Source of the DNA: a virus
DNA: 51,714 nt
Reading direction: 5' to 3' (one strand)
Virus record (IMG/VR): IMGVR_UViG_3300021389_000035
Coordinates: 1 to 51,714 of that record
Shown one piece after another: positions 28,761 to 36,623 of this stretch (positions within the stretch are counted from its first letter, which is position 1; each line of letters begins with the position of its first letter). Made by a program: the position numbers and the translations under genes. Below the pieces are notes generated by a model. That model was not told the DNA's origin. It ran no database searches and saw only the letters and a program-made list of their open reading frames with translations.

Positions 28761-29437
28761 AAAATATTATACTACAACACTGGTCGGGTGAGTTGAATTC
28801 ACTGACTCTACTATCATCTATGAGTATCTCTAAGTATGCTGAGATGGTAAACGCGGACTATGAACTTGTAAGAGGTGACCAATTCACTTCTATGGATGTG
28901 AGACCCGAACTACAGAAACTTGTTATGTTGGACAAACGATGGGATGACTATGACAATGTTGTTATGGTTGATGCCGACATGTTTGTTCGTAAGGGTTGTA
29001 ATGAAAACATATTTGAGTGTGAAGGCATAGGTAGACACACTCAAGTCCAAACCAATCTGCGTTCGGGTATTGCAAGAACACTCGGTTTCGTATGGGGTAA
29101 TGAAGGTGCACCTTACTGGGGTGGATCTATATACAAACTGACCAAGGAACAACGTAAGAAGTTCCGTAGTGTATTGACTGACGATATCGTGTTACGGTAT
29201 AAACAGAACTGGGTTGATGAAGGTGTCATGCACACTCTCGCACTTAAACTGGGAATGTCCCATACACAGAAGGGTAACTATCTGGACGGTCAGATGTGGA
29301 ATTATTCTTCGTTTGAACCTGATGTGGAACGTGCAAACTTTATACATATAAGAACAAAGATAACACCTAGTGGCCCCAAAGACACTAAGATGAATAACTA
29401 CCAAAGACTGGTAGACAGAGGGTTGATATCAACCTAA
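28757..29437 (+). CDS. glycosyltransferase-like protein
   Basis: ILQHWSGEL, VMVDADMFVRKGC (DxD), GYLDGQMWN. Confidence 0.55.
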   Translation: MKNIILQHWSGELNSLTLLSSMSISKYAEMVNADYELVRGDQFTSMDVRPELQKLVMLDKRWDDYDNVVMVDADMFVRKGCNENIFECEGIGRHTQVQTNLRSGIARTLGFVWGNEGAPYWGGSIYKLTKEQRKKFRSVLTDDIVLRYKQNWVDEGVMHTLALKLGMSHTQKGNYLDGQMWNYSSFEPDVERANFIHIRTKITPSGPKDTKMNNYQRLVDRGLIST

Positions 29438-29508
29438 AGAATCCCACCTACCTTGGGATCGTGACCTGAACATGTCCCTAAACTGTTCTCTTTCAAAGAT
29501 ATTAATTG

Positions 29509-29516
29509 TATAAATA
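29509..29516 (+). promoter_or_regulatory. T4-type late promoter TATAAATA
   Basis: Exact TATAAATA about 40 bp upstream of the secreted-protein cassette; gp55 is encoded in the window. Confidence 0.65.
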
Positions 29517-29538
29517 GAATCGTACATAATAACTATTT

Positions 29539-30126
29539 TTGGATTTATTCATGAAACTACTTTATACCCTACTTATTGGTGTGATTTTAACTTCTTCGGC
29601 ATATGCTCAAGAAAGTGTTATCGAAGACATTATAAAGACAGACTCTACAACTAATAGTACTGTTACCACAAAATCTGATTCGACAACTACTTTGAAGTCG
29701 CCTCCCCCTTCTGCTATTTCCCCCACGATTAATACGTCAAACTCTGACCTATGTACATTCGGTGTTGCGGGTGCAGTACAAACACAAATTCTTGGTATCT
29801 CTGCGGGTACACAGTTCACTGACTACAATTGTGAGAAACTAAAGAATGCTAAGACTTTATACGATATGGGTATGAAAGTTGCAGCAGTATCAGTGATGTG
29901 TCAAGACAGACGGGTTTTTGACGCTATGATGAATGCAGGAACACCTTGCCCATATGACGGTATGATCGGCGAAGAAGCTAAACTTGCGTGGGAAGCAGAA
30001 CTTGCCGCAGGTGGTTCACCCGAAGTGAAAAGCGATAAAGATAAAGAAAAGGAGATGACCACAAATGAGAAGACTCTTGCCGCTAGTGGTGGTATTGGCG
30101 CTCTGCTCCTCTTACTCTTACTCTGA
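29539..30126 (+). CDS. hypothetical exported protein, C-terminal hydrophobic segment
   Basis: Signal-peptide-like MKLLYTLLIGVILTSSAYAQ (ATG around 29551); C-terminal LAASGGIGALLLLLLL. Confidence 0.65.
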   Translation: MDLFMKLLYTLLIGVILTSSAYAQESVIEDIIKTDSTTNSTVTTKSDSTTTLKSPPPSAISPTINTSNSDLCTFGVAGAVQTQILGISAGTQFTDYNCEKLKNAKTLYDMGMKVAAVSVMCQDRRVFDAMMNAGTPCPYDGMIGEEAKLAWEAELAAGGSPEVKSDKDKEKEMTTNEKTLAASGGIGALLLLLLL

Positions 30127-30925
30127 GGTCATATCCGGTACAACTAGGAACGCAACCGACTTTGGTTATAATTGGGTGATGCGAAATATCTTGCCACAAC
30201 AGGCAGGACTTGAAGTATCCAGTGTGTTGTACAGATATACTGCTATAAAGAATACCGAAGATGATATGGTCGTCTATGTCCAGAACGAAGATGCTGGCGG
30301 TGACGGTTACATCTTTCGAGAAGTGGATGATTGGTCTGGACGAAGATCGAACACTATTAATAAGATAGTTCCGGTAGACAATATACTGATAGACCGTTGG
30401 GGAGATGGTTCTATCGAATGGACTGGAGAAGGTACTGTAGAAGACGCACGGGTGGTTTACAACTATAGGTACGACCCATGTTTCGATCCACAGACTAGTC
30501 CTGACTGTCCTGGCTATGTTGTACCAATACCCGATATTCCTGAACCGGACTTGACTGCAATATACGAACAAGAACAAAGATTTATCAAGGAGGAAGCTGA
30601 GAAAAAGGCAGAACTTGATGAAGAGGAACAAAAGGAAAAGGATAGAAGGAGGGTTTCGATACAAAAGAATAGGGAACGTTTAGAAATCGCAATGGGTGCA
30701 GTTAACTCAGTGTTAATGAGTGCTGATGCACAACTAAAGCATGATCAGTTACTTGCGCTTGGTTTAATACCACCAGCATATATGAGAGATATATCTGGGG
30801 GAACATATGACGAAACAATTACATTAAAAGATGGTAAGTTACCAACTAATCCTAAAGGAAAAAGAGTTGGACTTGCTCAACAATTATTACATACAAAAAT
30901 GATAAATAGTCAGTATAACAACTAA
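30065..30925 (+). CDS. hypothetical exported protein with Lys/Glu-rich coiled region
   Basis: MRRLLPLVVVLALCSSYSYSEV signal-like peptide. Confidence 0.65.
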   Translation: MRRLLPLVVVLALCSSYSYSEVISGTTRNATDFGYNWVMRNILPQQAGLEVSSVLYRYTAIKNTEDDMVVYVQNEDAGGDGYIFREVDDWSGRRSNTINKIVPVDNILIDRWGDGSIEWTGEGTVEDARVVYNYRYDPCFDPQTSPDCPGYVVPIPDIPEPDLTAIYEQEQRFIKEEAEKKAELDEEEQKEKDRRRVSIQKNRERLEIAMGAVNSVLMSADAQLKHDQLLALGLIPPAYMRDISGGTYDETITLKDGKLPTNPKGKRVGLAQQLLHTKMINSQYNN

Positions 30926-30941
30926 TCTATAGGGGATAGTT

Positions 30942-31442
30942 ATGTTTAAACAAATTTTATTTGCCACGGTCGCATTAACTTCGACTGGCGTTATGGCATT
31001 TACAGAAGTGCCAATTACTGGTAACGTGGAGTCTAAGTGTGTTATCACTACCGACACGCCCGGAGTCTTTGGTAACCCTGTTAGCAATATTCTTAGTACT
31101 AAGTCGATAGATGGTGGGGTAGAACCTATCGTTCGATTCGATATCATTGAAGCTGGATCTTACAAGGCGGTTCTATCGTATCCTATCGAGTTTACCACTT
31201 CACCGTATTTGAACGATGTTGTGAATTGGACAGGATTGATTGATATTGCTGAAGTATCAGATACGTTGATGAATGACTTCGACAACACCAAAGTACTGTA
31301 CAACAATGTTACAGAATATGATTTGACTGTTGCTGGTAGTATATGGTTCAGATCAGAATCTCAAGCAGACTATGGTTATGGGAAATCATTTCCTGGCGGT
31401 GTCTACCGTGCCGCAGTCAGTGCTGAGTGTATAGCGCAATAA
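30942..31442 (+). CDS. hypothetical exported protein, fimbrial/spore-coat-U-like fold candidate
   Basis: MFKQILFATVALTSTGVMAFTEVPITGNVESKC... SGKSFPGGVYRAAVSAECIAQ-type ending (...YGKSFPGGVYRAAVSAECIAQ). Confidence 0.55.
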   Translation: MFKQILFATVALTSTGVMAFTEVPITGNVESKCVITTDTPGVFGNPVSNILSTKSIDGGVEPIVRFDIIEAGSYKAVLSYPIEFTTSPYLNDVVNWTGLIDIAEVSDTLMNDFDNTKVLYNNVTEYDLTVAGSIWFRSESQADYGYGKSFPGGVYRAAVSAECIAQ

Positions 31443-31446
31443 TATC

Positions 31447-31821
31447 ATGCGTTATATTATGATGTTATTAGTCCTTATCGGTGGGTATGCGAATGCCCAC
31501 CAATGGACACCCACGTACCCAAAACTGAAGTTATCTCATGTCTCTGGTATTATGAAAGTTGATATGGAACTCTTCAACAGCAGGCAGGATGTTGGTTGGT
31601 ATGAAATATCCGTGTTCGATAAAGATTGGAATCCGGTAAAGTTTGCGGTAGGTGGTGAACGAATACTAAATGTTCCCTATCTAAAGAAACAAAAAGTGGA
31701 AGTGTATGTTAGATTTGGTGATACTAAACTTGTCAAATACATATGCAGTAAATCTAAGATAATAGCAGAAGATGAAAGAGTAACGGTGGTATCATCGAGG
31801 ATATGTTCGAAACTTAAATAG
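31447..31821 (+). CDS. exported protein resembling the N-terminal domain of periplasmic pilus chaperones
   Basis: Signal-like MRYIMMLLVLIGGYANA; WYEISVFDKDWNPVKFAVGGERILNVPYLKKQKVEVYVRF. Confidence 0.45.
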   Translation: MRYIMMLLVLIGGYANAHQWTPTYPKLKLSHVSGIMKVDMELFNSRQDVGWYEISVFDKDWNPVKFAVGGERILNVPYLKKQKVEVYVRFGDTKLVKYICSKSKIIAEDERVTVVSSRICSKLK

Positions 31822-32267
31822 TGAGTGATGCAGTGAGATATTTTATAGTGATCCTAACAATATTATGTGTGGGACAGGTTCATGGAGATTCTAGTGCTTT
31901 GAATCTATCATTACCTCAATCCCCATCTAATTATGCTTCAGATCAAATTAGGGCTGGTGATATAGATTGTCGGAACGCAATTGGTTCTGCTACTAACGTA
32001 GAGTTCGGTGTTGTCGGTATAATCAATCAAGATGATCCATTCAATACGATGGGTATTGACAGTAACCTATACAATAATGGTAGTGGTAAAATGAAAGATG
32101 TTGGTGTATATGCCAAGATCACCATACCTATAGGTGCACCAAAAGAAAGAATCAACTGTAATACATTATACCAATTAGAACTTACTAAGAAAAGATTAGA
32201 AGTCCAGAAGTTACAAGCAGAGTTGGCGAATCTAAGAAAACTGAAATTCGAGGGTGATGAGAAATAA
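31821..32267 (+). CDS. hypothetical exported protein
   Basis: MSDAVRYFIVILTILCVGQVHGDSSALNLSLPQSPSNYASDQIRAGDIDCRNAIG. Confidence 0.6.
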   Translation: MSDAVRYFIVILTILCVGQVHGDSSALNLSLPQSPSNYASDQIRAGDIDCRNAIGSATNVEFGVVGIINQDDPFNTMGIDSNLYNNGSGKMKDVGVYAKITIPIGAPKERINCNTLYQLELTKKRLEVQKLQAELANLRKLKFEGDEK

Positions 32268-32779
32268 TGTCAGAAGAAGAAGACAAAACAGAAATCGAAT
32301 TTGGAGGAATGACCTTCAAAGGTGGTAGGATGTTCGCATTGATCACCGCTCTCTCTACACTTGGTGGTGCAGCCTGGGGTGGTTTTGAATTCTACAATGA
32401 CTATCGTAATATGAAAGAGATTGTGGAGAATATTGACGTAGACGCTATCTCAGCACGTAACGATATTATTGAGACCAAACTAGACGAAGCAATAGAGTAT
32501 ACCCGTGACATTAAGTCTGGTCTACGTGACGACATCATCTCTATCGAGAAACAAGCAGACCGTGTAGAGGACAATCTAAGAATTACCGAAACTGAAGTAC
32601 GTGACATGATCGATAAAGCAAATGATCGATTCGAAGACAAACGCAACCAACTACAAGAAAACTACGATACCCAACTCAACCGTCTACGTGACAAGAACGA
32701 CCGAGAGTTAAAAGAACTCGAAGAACGTCTCACAGACCTAGTTCAAAAGGCATTGGATAACCCCCTGTCCGATAACTAA
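32267..32779 (+). CDS. single-pass membrane/coiled-coil protein
   Basis: FALITALSTLGGAAWGGFEFY hydrophobic helix followed by a long E/K/D/R heptad-like region. Confidence 0.6.
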   Translation: MSEEEDKTEIEFGGMTFKGGRMFALITALSTLGGAAWGGFEFYNDYRNMKEIVENIDVDAISARNDIIETKLDEAIEYTRDIKSGLRDDIISIEKQADRVEDNLRITETEVRDMIDKANDRFEDKRNQLQENYDTQLNRLRDKNDRELKELEERLTDLVQKALDNPLSDN

Positions 32780-32829
32780 GTACACACCAATTCGCATATA
32801 AAGAGAATTTGTGTATACCTAATCCCCCC

Positions 32830-32858
32830 TTGACATCCTCCCCTTACTGTGGTATACT
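32830..32858 (+). promoter_or_regulatory. sigma70-type promoter, TTGACA-17-TATACT
   Basis: -35 32830-32835, -10 32853-32858, spacer 17. Confidence 0.75.
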
Positions 32859-32947
32859 AAGCCTTATCCAGTCGGGGAGGGTGATTATACCTTTCCGTTA
32901 TATCAAACCCCATAAAAGTGTTAAAAAGTCTAAAAGAATCAGCTGAT

Positions 32948-33003
32948 AAGTGTTGACTTCTTGTTATGATTATGAGATAATGGTTACCTAATTGAGTTGA
33001 GAG
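32948..33003 (+). promoter_or_regulatory. conserved early promoter/leader module, copy 1 (TTGACT-17-GATAAT)
   Basis: 56 nt identical to 33218-33273; -35 32953-32958, -10 32976-32981, then ATTGAGTTGAGAG. Confidence 0.85.
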
Positions 33004-33012
33004 GTGTTTGTT

Positions 33013-33183
33013 ATGACTTTATCTTTTGAATGTGTTACCCAAAACTTTCCATCAACAATTGGTATGGCGGTAGGTTCTACCGTTATCGTGCGGGACGTTC
33101 CCGCTTCATCTAACCCAAACGGGGTGGCCACTCTAGAGGTCAAACGTCTGACCGAAGACTACTGCGATGTACAGGAGTTATAA
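33013..33183 (+). CDS. small hypothetical protein (56 aa)
   Basis: MTLSFECVTQNFPSTIGMAVGSTVIVRDVPASSNPNGVATLEVKRLTEDYCDVQEL, directly after the promoter module. Confidence 0.6.
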   Translation: MTLSFECVTQNFPSTIGMAVGSTVIVRDVPASSNPNGVATLEVKRLTEDYCDVQEL

Positions 33184-33217
33184 AGACTTCGGTTCTCATG
33201 ACAAAATGTTCTAAAGA

Positions 33218-33273
33218 AAGTGTTGACTTCTTGTTATGATTATGAGATAATGGTTACCTAATTGAGTTGAGAG
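33218..33273 (+). promoter_or_regulatory. conserved early promoter/leader module, copy 2
   Basis: Perfect 56-nt repeat of 32948-33003. Confidence 0.85.
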
Positions 33274-33278
33274 ATATT

Positions 33279-33416
33279 ATGAATAGAGAAGAACAGATTA
33301 CTTACCACTGGAATGACTTGATGGTTCATTGTGAAACTAAAGAACGTTTCAATGAAGAAGAGTTCGAAAGAATCTACAACGAGATTGTTGCAAAAATCAA
33401 TGAGATGGAGAATTAA
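33279..33416 (+). CDS. small hypothetical protein (45 aa)
   Basis: MNREEQITYHWNDLMVHCETKERFNEEEFERIYNEIVAKINEMEN. Confidence 0.6.
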   Translation: MNREEQITYHWNDLMVHCETKERFNEEEFERIYNEIVAKINEMEN

Positions 33417-33417
33417 A

Positions 33418-33720
33418 ATGACCGCATTCGTTAAAGAAAACTTCAGCTGGGACGGTATGTACCTTATGTATCAAGGTGAGTTCGAAGGTTCACGCACTAT
33501 GGAAGAGATAGCACCGAACTGTCACCCATCTTGGTATGGTCAACCAGAACGTAGGTTCATTGCGCGATTCAAGTATGGTTCGAAACCATTTAAGTCTTGG
33601 ATTAACTTCCTATGTAAGAAAGTCTCGATCGAAGAGTATATCGAGATGAGTCAAAAAACTAGTCCGATGGAGACGATGGAATACTTCGGTTTCAAACCAC
33701 GTAAGAAGAGGACTGTATGA
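33418..33720 (+). CDS. hypothetical protein (track ORF starts 33331)
   Basis: MTAFVKENFSWDGMYLMYQGEFEGSRTMEEIAPNCHPSWY...; ATG follows the previous stop. Confidence 0.65.
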   Translation: MTAFVKENFSWDGMYLMYQGEFEGSRTMEEIAPNCHPSWYGQPERRFIARFKYGSKPFKSWINFLCKKVSIEEYIEMSQKTSPMETMEYFGFKPRKKRTV

Positions 33721-33935
33721 TGTACGGTAAAGTTGGCGACACTATTCAATGGGAAACTCATAATGCCATAATTACAGGTGAGATAGTGTTTGTTCATGAG
33801 AATCTAATCGATAACGATATTGATTACTATAGTATTGCGACTGGCCCTGAACCTATGGACAGACACTTTCTTGATAGTAAAATGATGAAAACCCTTAATG
33901 TTAAAAATTTATCTAACGGAGAACAATATGTCTAA
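33717..33935 (+). CDS. hypothetical protein
   Basis: Overlapping start/stop with neighbour. Confidence 0.6.
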   Translation: MMYGKVGDTIQWETHNAIITGEIVFVHENLIDNDIDYYSIATGPEPMDRHFLDSKMMKTLNVKNLSNGEQYV

Positions 33936-34152
33936 AATGATGATTGAAATGGAAGAGGAACAGGTTGACGCGATAATGATCAGTGAATTGAAATGGCACC
34001 TCGAAACCTTCAGGAAAGATCTGGAACGCAGAGAAAAGGGTGGGGGTTTGTCTATATTTGATAATGACCCTAAGGCTGATGTTGTTTACCTGAATGAATA
34101 TATCGAGGCCTTCGGTTTAGTGTTGGATTACTATGGTGGTAATCTAAAATGA
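33928..34152 (+). CDS. hypothetical protein (track ORF starts 33898)
   Basis: MSKMMIEMEEEQVDAIMISELKWHLETFRKDLERREK... Confidence 0.6.
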   Translation: MSKMMIEMEEEQVDAIMISELKWHLETFRKDLERREKGGGLSIFDNDPKADVVYLNEYIEAFGLVLDYYGGNLK

Positions 34153-34304
34153 GTAAGTCACTCGTATTGGGGATAATTGAGGAAGAGTTAACTCGACTTC
34201 ATAAGGAAGCAAAAGAAAGTACAGAAACTTCTACTCTCTTAATGGCTGCCCACGCTATTGGACTGATGCAGAGAGTGAAACAACGTATCGAAGAGGAAGT
34301 ATAG
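34149..34304 (+). CDS. small hypothetical protein (51 aa)
   Basis: MSKSLVLGIIEEELTRLHKEAKESTETSTLLMAAHAIGLMQRVKQRIEEEV; ATG overlaps the previous stop. Confidence 0.6.
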   Translation: MSKSLVLGIIEEELTRLHKEAKESTETSTLLMAAHAIGLMQRVKQRIEEEV

Positions 34305-34305
34305 A

Positions 34306-34596
34306 ATGATTCACGGTAGTATGCGACACTATGCAAATGGACGTAAGAAGAAGTACAATGCATGGACGACCAAGAAACGTGAACACACGTTTACTGAATA
34401 TACACCGGAACAACCTTATATACGTGAGACTCCGGTTTATAACTCTCTTGATACTGGTACGGGTAGTACATTAAAGAAAGAAAGAATGGTGTATACCGGA
34501 ACCTTGGTCAAGGGTATCAGTACTATGCACAAGTCTAATGCGGTACCGATTATCAACCAAGAAGAAGCCATAGAACATGCGAGGATGAGACGATGA
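34306..34596 (+). CDS. hypothetical basic protein
   Basis: MIHGSMRHYANGRKKKYNAWTTKKREHTFTEYTPEQ... Confidence 0.6.
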   Translation: MIHGSMRHYANGRKKKYNAWTTKKREHTFTEYTPEQPYIRETPVYNSLDTGTGSTLKKERMVYTGTLVKGISTMHKSNAVPIINQEEAIEHARMRR

Positions 34597-34829
34597 GTGA
34601 ACGACTATTGACTTCTCTATGGAGAGAAGAACTGACTGACTGGGGTGACCATAAGACTCCGAACCATACCTACATTACCCGAGGTTCTCAGTTGATAGGG
34701 TATGTCAAACGTGGTACGACCGAGGTAATCGAGTTCAGTACACCCCTGAAGACTTGGGCAGTGACTCGCAGGAAGTTCCGCAAGTTATCCAAAAAAGAGA
34801 TAAGAACCTATCTTGATATAACAAAATGA
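34593..34829 (+). CDS. hypothetical protein
   Basis: Overlapping start/stop with neighbour. Confidence 0.6.
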   Translation: MSERLLTSLWREELTDWGDHKTPNHTYITRGSQLIGYVKRGTTEVIEFSTPLKTWAVTRRKFRKLSKKEIRTYLDITK

Positions 34830-34852
34830 TCTAAAAATAAGTGAAATAAATC

Positions 34853-34903
34853 TTGCATACTTGTTATTATTATGAGACAATAGTACCCTATTGAGTTGAG
34901 AGG
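34853..34903 (+). promoter_or_regulatory. conserved early promoter/leader module, copy 3 (TTGCAT-17-GACAAT)
   Basis: -35 34853-34858, -10 34876-34881, followed by TATTGAGTTGAGAGG. Confidence 0.75.
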
Positions 34904-34911
34904 TGTTTGTT

Positions 34912-35151
34912 ATGTTTCCAGTTAAGTTGAATGATTTTCGTGATTATGTCCATATGTTCTACGGTAAGGACGGTATCTATGACCTTGGTTGTAGTATCCC
35001 TGATATCCAGTCTGCGATTATGGAATATATGACTAGTCTAGCAATGCACGCCCACCAAGAGAATTCTATGACTTGGGGTGACGGTGACAGTCTTGACCGT
35101 GAACGTGTTCGTGCGATTTTAGAGTCTAATGGTTTCGAGGAGATTAAATAA
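34912..35151 (+). CDS. hypothetical protein (track ORF starts 34903)
   Basis: MFPVKLNDFRDYVHMFYGKDGIYDLG... Confidence 0.6.
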   Translation: MFPVKLNDFRDYVHMFYGKDGIYDLGCSIPDIQSAIMEYMTSLAMHAHQENSMTWGDGDSLDRERVRAILESNGFEEIK

Positions 35152-35564
35152 TGTATGTTTTTATCGAAGGTCGTCATAAGAATAAAGCGGTTGTTGAAAA
35201 ATATGTCGATAACCTATGTCGTGCATTGCAGATCAATCGTCTTCAACGTCTATTGACCATTCGATTCAAAGGAACATTAGAAGGTTCTGCCCAAGGTCTG
35301 TGTCACGGTGAACATGACTATGCTGAGATTGAGATTGGTACCAAAGGTCAGACCTTTATGCGTCAGATGCAAGCACTTGCTCACGAGATGGTTCATGCGA
35401 AACAATTCTTGCGTGGAGAATTATCCTCGACCGGTGTTTGGAAGTGGAAAGGTCGTAAGGCAGAGAATTACGAATACCTTAACCAACCTTGGGAAAAGGA
35501 AGCCTACAAGATGGAACGTGATCTGTTCTTGGACTTCTTCCCATTCGATATGGAAGTGAAATGA
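35151..35564 (+). CDS. zincin-like metallopeptidase-related protein
   Basis: QALAHEMVHAKQF contains HExxH; further acidic ligand region NQPWEKEAY. Confidence 0.6.
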   Translation: MYVFIEGRHKNKAVVEKYVDNLCRALQINRLQRLLTIRFKGTLEGSAQGLCHGEHDYAEIEIGTKGQTFMRQMQALAHEMVHAKQFLRGELSSTGVWKWKGRKAENYEYLNQPWEKEAYKMERDLFLDFFPFDMEVK

Positions 35565-35758
35565 TACGTTTTGTTTTTCTCTCGATTAGTTTCTTGATAC
35601 TAGTTCACGCAGTAAGTTTACGGCTTGAATTTGGTGATGCGGGATTTTGGTCTTTGGCGACTATTCCCGCATTGGGATATATTCTCCTATTTTTATCTGA
35701 CATATGGAAATATATACATAGTTATGAAACAACAAAGAGGAGACGTGACACAAAATGA
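35561..35758 (+). CDS. small membrane protein, two hydrophobic segments
   Basis: FVFLSISFLILVHAVSL and LATIPALGYILLFL. Confidence 0.55.
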   Translation: MIRFVFLSISFLILVHAVSLRLEFGDAGFWSLATIPALGYILLFLSDIWKYIHSYETTKRRRDTK

Positions 35759-36120
35759 AAGCACTACTATTGATCGGTGCCCTTGCGGTAACCGGATGTT
35801 CAACCATATCTAACACTAGTTTCTATGATGATAATGAAAGTAAGGCAGTAGTTGATGTCTGGGTATCAGTTCAGAATTTAGATTGTTCATCTGAACTAGC
35901 GCCACTACAGGTCGATGACATTGTACAATCCAAACAATGGTTAAAGACTTATTCAACTGGGAAGGGATCTAAAGATGTCCTTGAGATGGTCAGTATCTTC
36001 GAGAAGAGTCTCGATGGACTATCCGGAAGAGAATTTGGAGAGACCTACTGTAACTTAAAAAAGAAGACATTAATAAACCAGTCCGAGAAAATGACTAAAG
36101 CAATGATGAGGAGATTTTAA
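35755..36120 (+). CDS. putative lipoprotein
   Basis: MKALLLIGALAVTGCST: signal peptide with lipobox-like VTGC. Confidence 0.65.
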   Translation: MKALLLIGALAVTGCSTISNTSFYDDNESKAVVDVWVSVQNLDCSSELAPLQVDDIVQSKQWLKTYSTGKGSKDVLEMVSIFEKSLDGLSGREFGETYCNLKKKTLINQSEKMTKAMMRRF

Positions 36121-36299
36121 TGGAAAGCTATGATCAAAGAATTAAAGACATCCAATTGTTAGACGAACTGTCTACCGATGAGAAACGTGAACTATTAGAA
36201 GATCTCAGATTAGAGATTGAGATGGATGATGCTGTAAGTGATATGGAAACCAAAGCTACCCTATTGAAGACAGTTAATCTGTTGATGAAAGTTATTTAA
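36120..36299 (+). CDS. small hypothetical protein (59 aa)
   Basis: MESYDQRIKDIQLLDELSTDEKRELLEDLRLEIEMDDAVSDMETKATLLKTVNLLMKVI. Confidence 0.55.
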   Translation: MESYDQRIKDIQLLDELSTDEKRELLEDLRLEIEMDDAVSDMETKATLLKTVNLLMKVI

Positions 36300-36318
36300 C
36301 TTTTTTTGAAAAAAAGTG

Positions 36319-36386
36319 TTGCCAACTTGTTCTGAATATGAGATAATGTCCTTGTTGAATTGAGTTAACCTTTTAAATAGAGAGTA
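36319..36386 (+). promoter_or_regulatory. conserved early promoter module, copy 4 (TTGCCA-17-GATAAT) plus leader
   Basis: -35 36319-36324, -10 36342-36347, ATTGAGTTAACC leader. Confidence 0.75.
36362..36386 (+). repeat. 25-nt direct repeat leader, copy 1
   Basis: GAGTTAACCTTTTAAATAGAGAGTA, identical at 36593-36617; both precede an ATG. Confidence 0.9.
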
Positions 36387-36389
36387 ACT

Positions 36390-36593
36390 ATGTTTGGATG
36401 TAGATTAGATAGATTCGTTATTGCTGGTCAGGATGGCAAGCCAATGCCCGAAACAGATGATGAGCTCGAAGTAAGAGCTTACCAAATAGGCAGAGCGCAG
36501 GCAGGAATAGCGCCCCTGAAAGTAATAACGGAAACAAAAGTAGAACAGCGCCCGCGAGAGTCGTGGAAAACATTGGGAATTGTTGGCGCATAG
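36390..36593 (+). CDS. small hypothetical protein
   Basis: MFGCRLDRFVIAGQDGKPMPETDDELEVRAYQIGRAQAGIAPL... Confidence 0.55.
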   Translation: MFGCRLDRFVIAGQDGKPMPETDDELEVRAYQIGRAQAGIAPLKVITETKVEQRPRESWKTLGIVGA

Positions 36594-36617
36594 AGTTAAC
36601 CTTTTAAATAGAGAGTA
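36593..36617 (+). repeat. 25-nt direct repeat leader, copy 2
   Basis: Identical to 36362-36386. Confidence 0.9.
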
Positions 36618-36623
36618 TATATT

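Noticed and set aside
32837-32880. Rho-independent terminator from CCTCCCC/GGGGAGG
   Set aside because: Loop of about 30 nt, no T-tract, and it spans the -10 box of a promoter; kept only as a possible structural feature.
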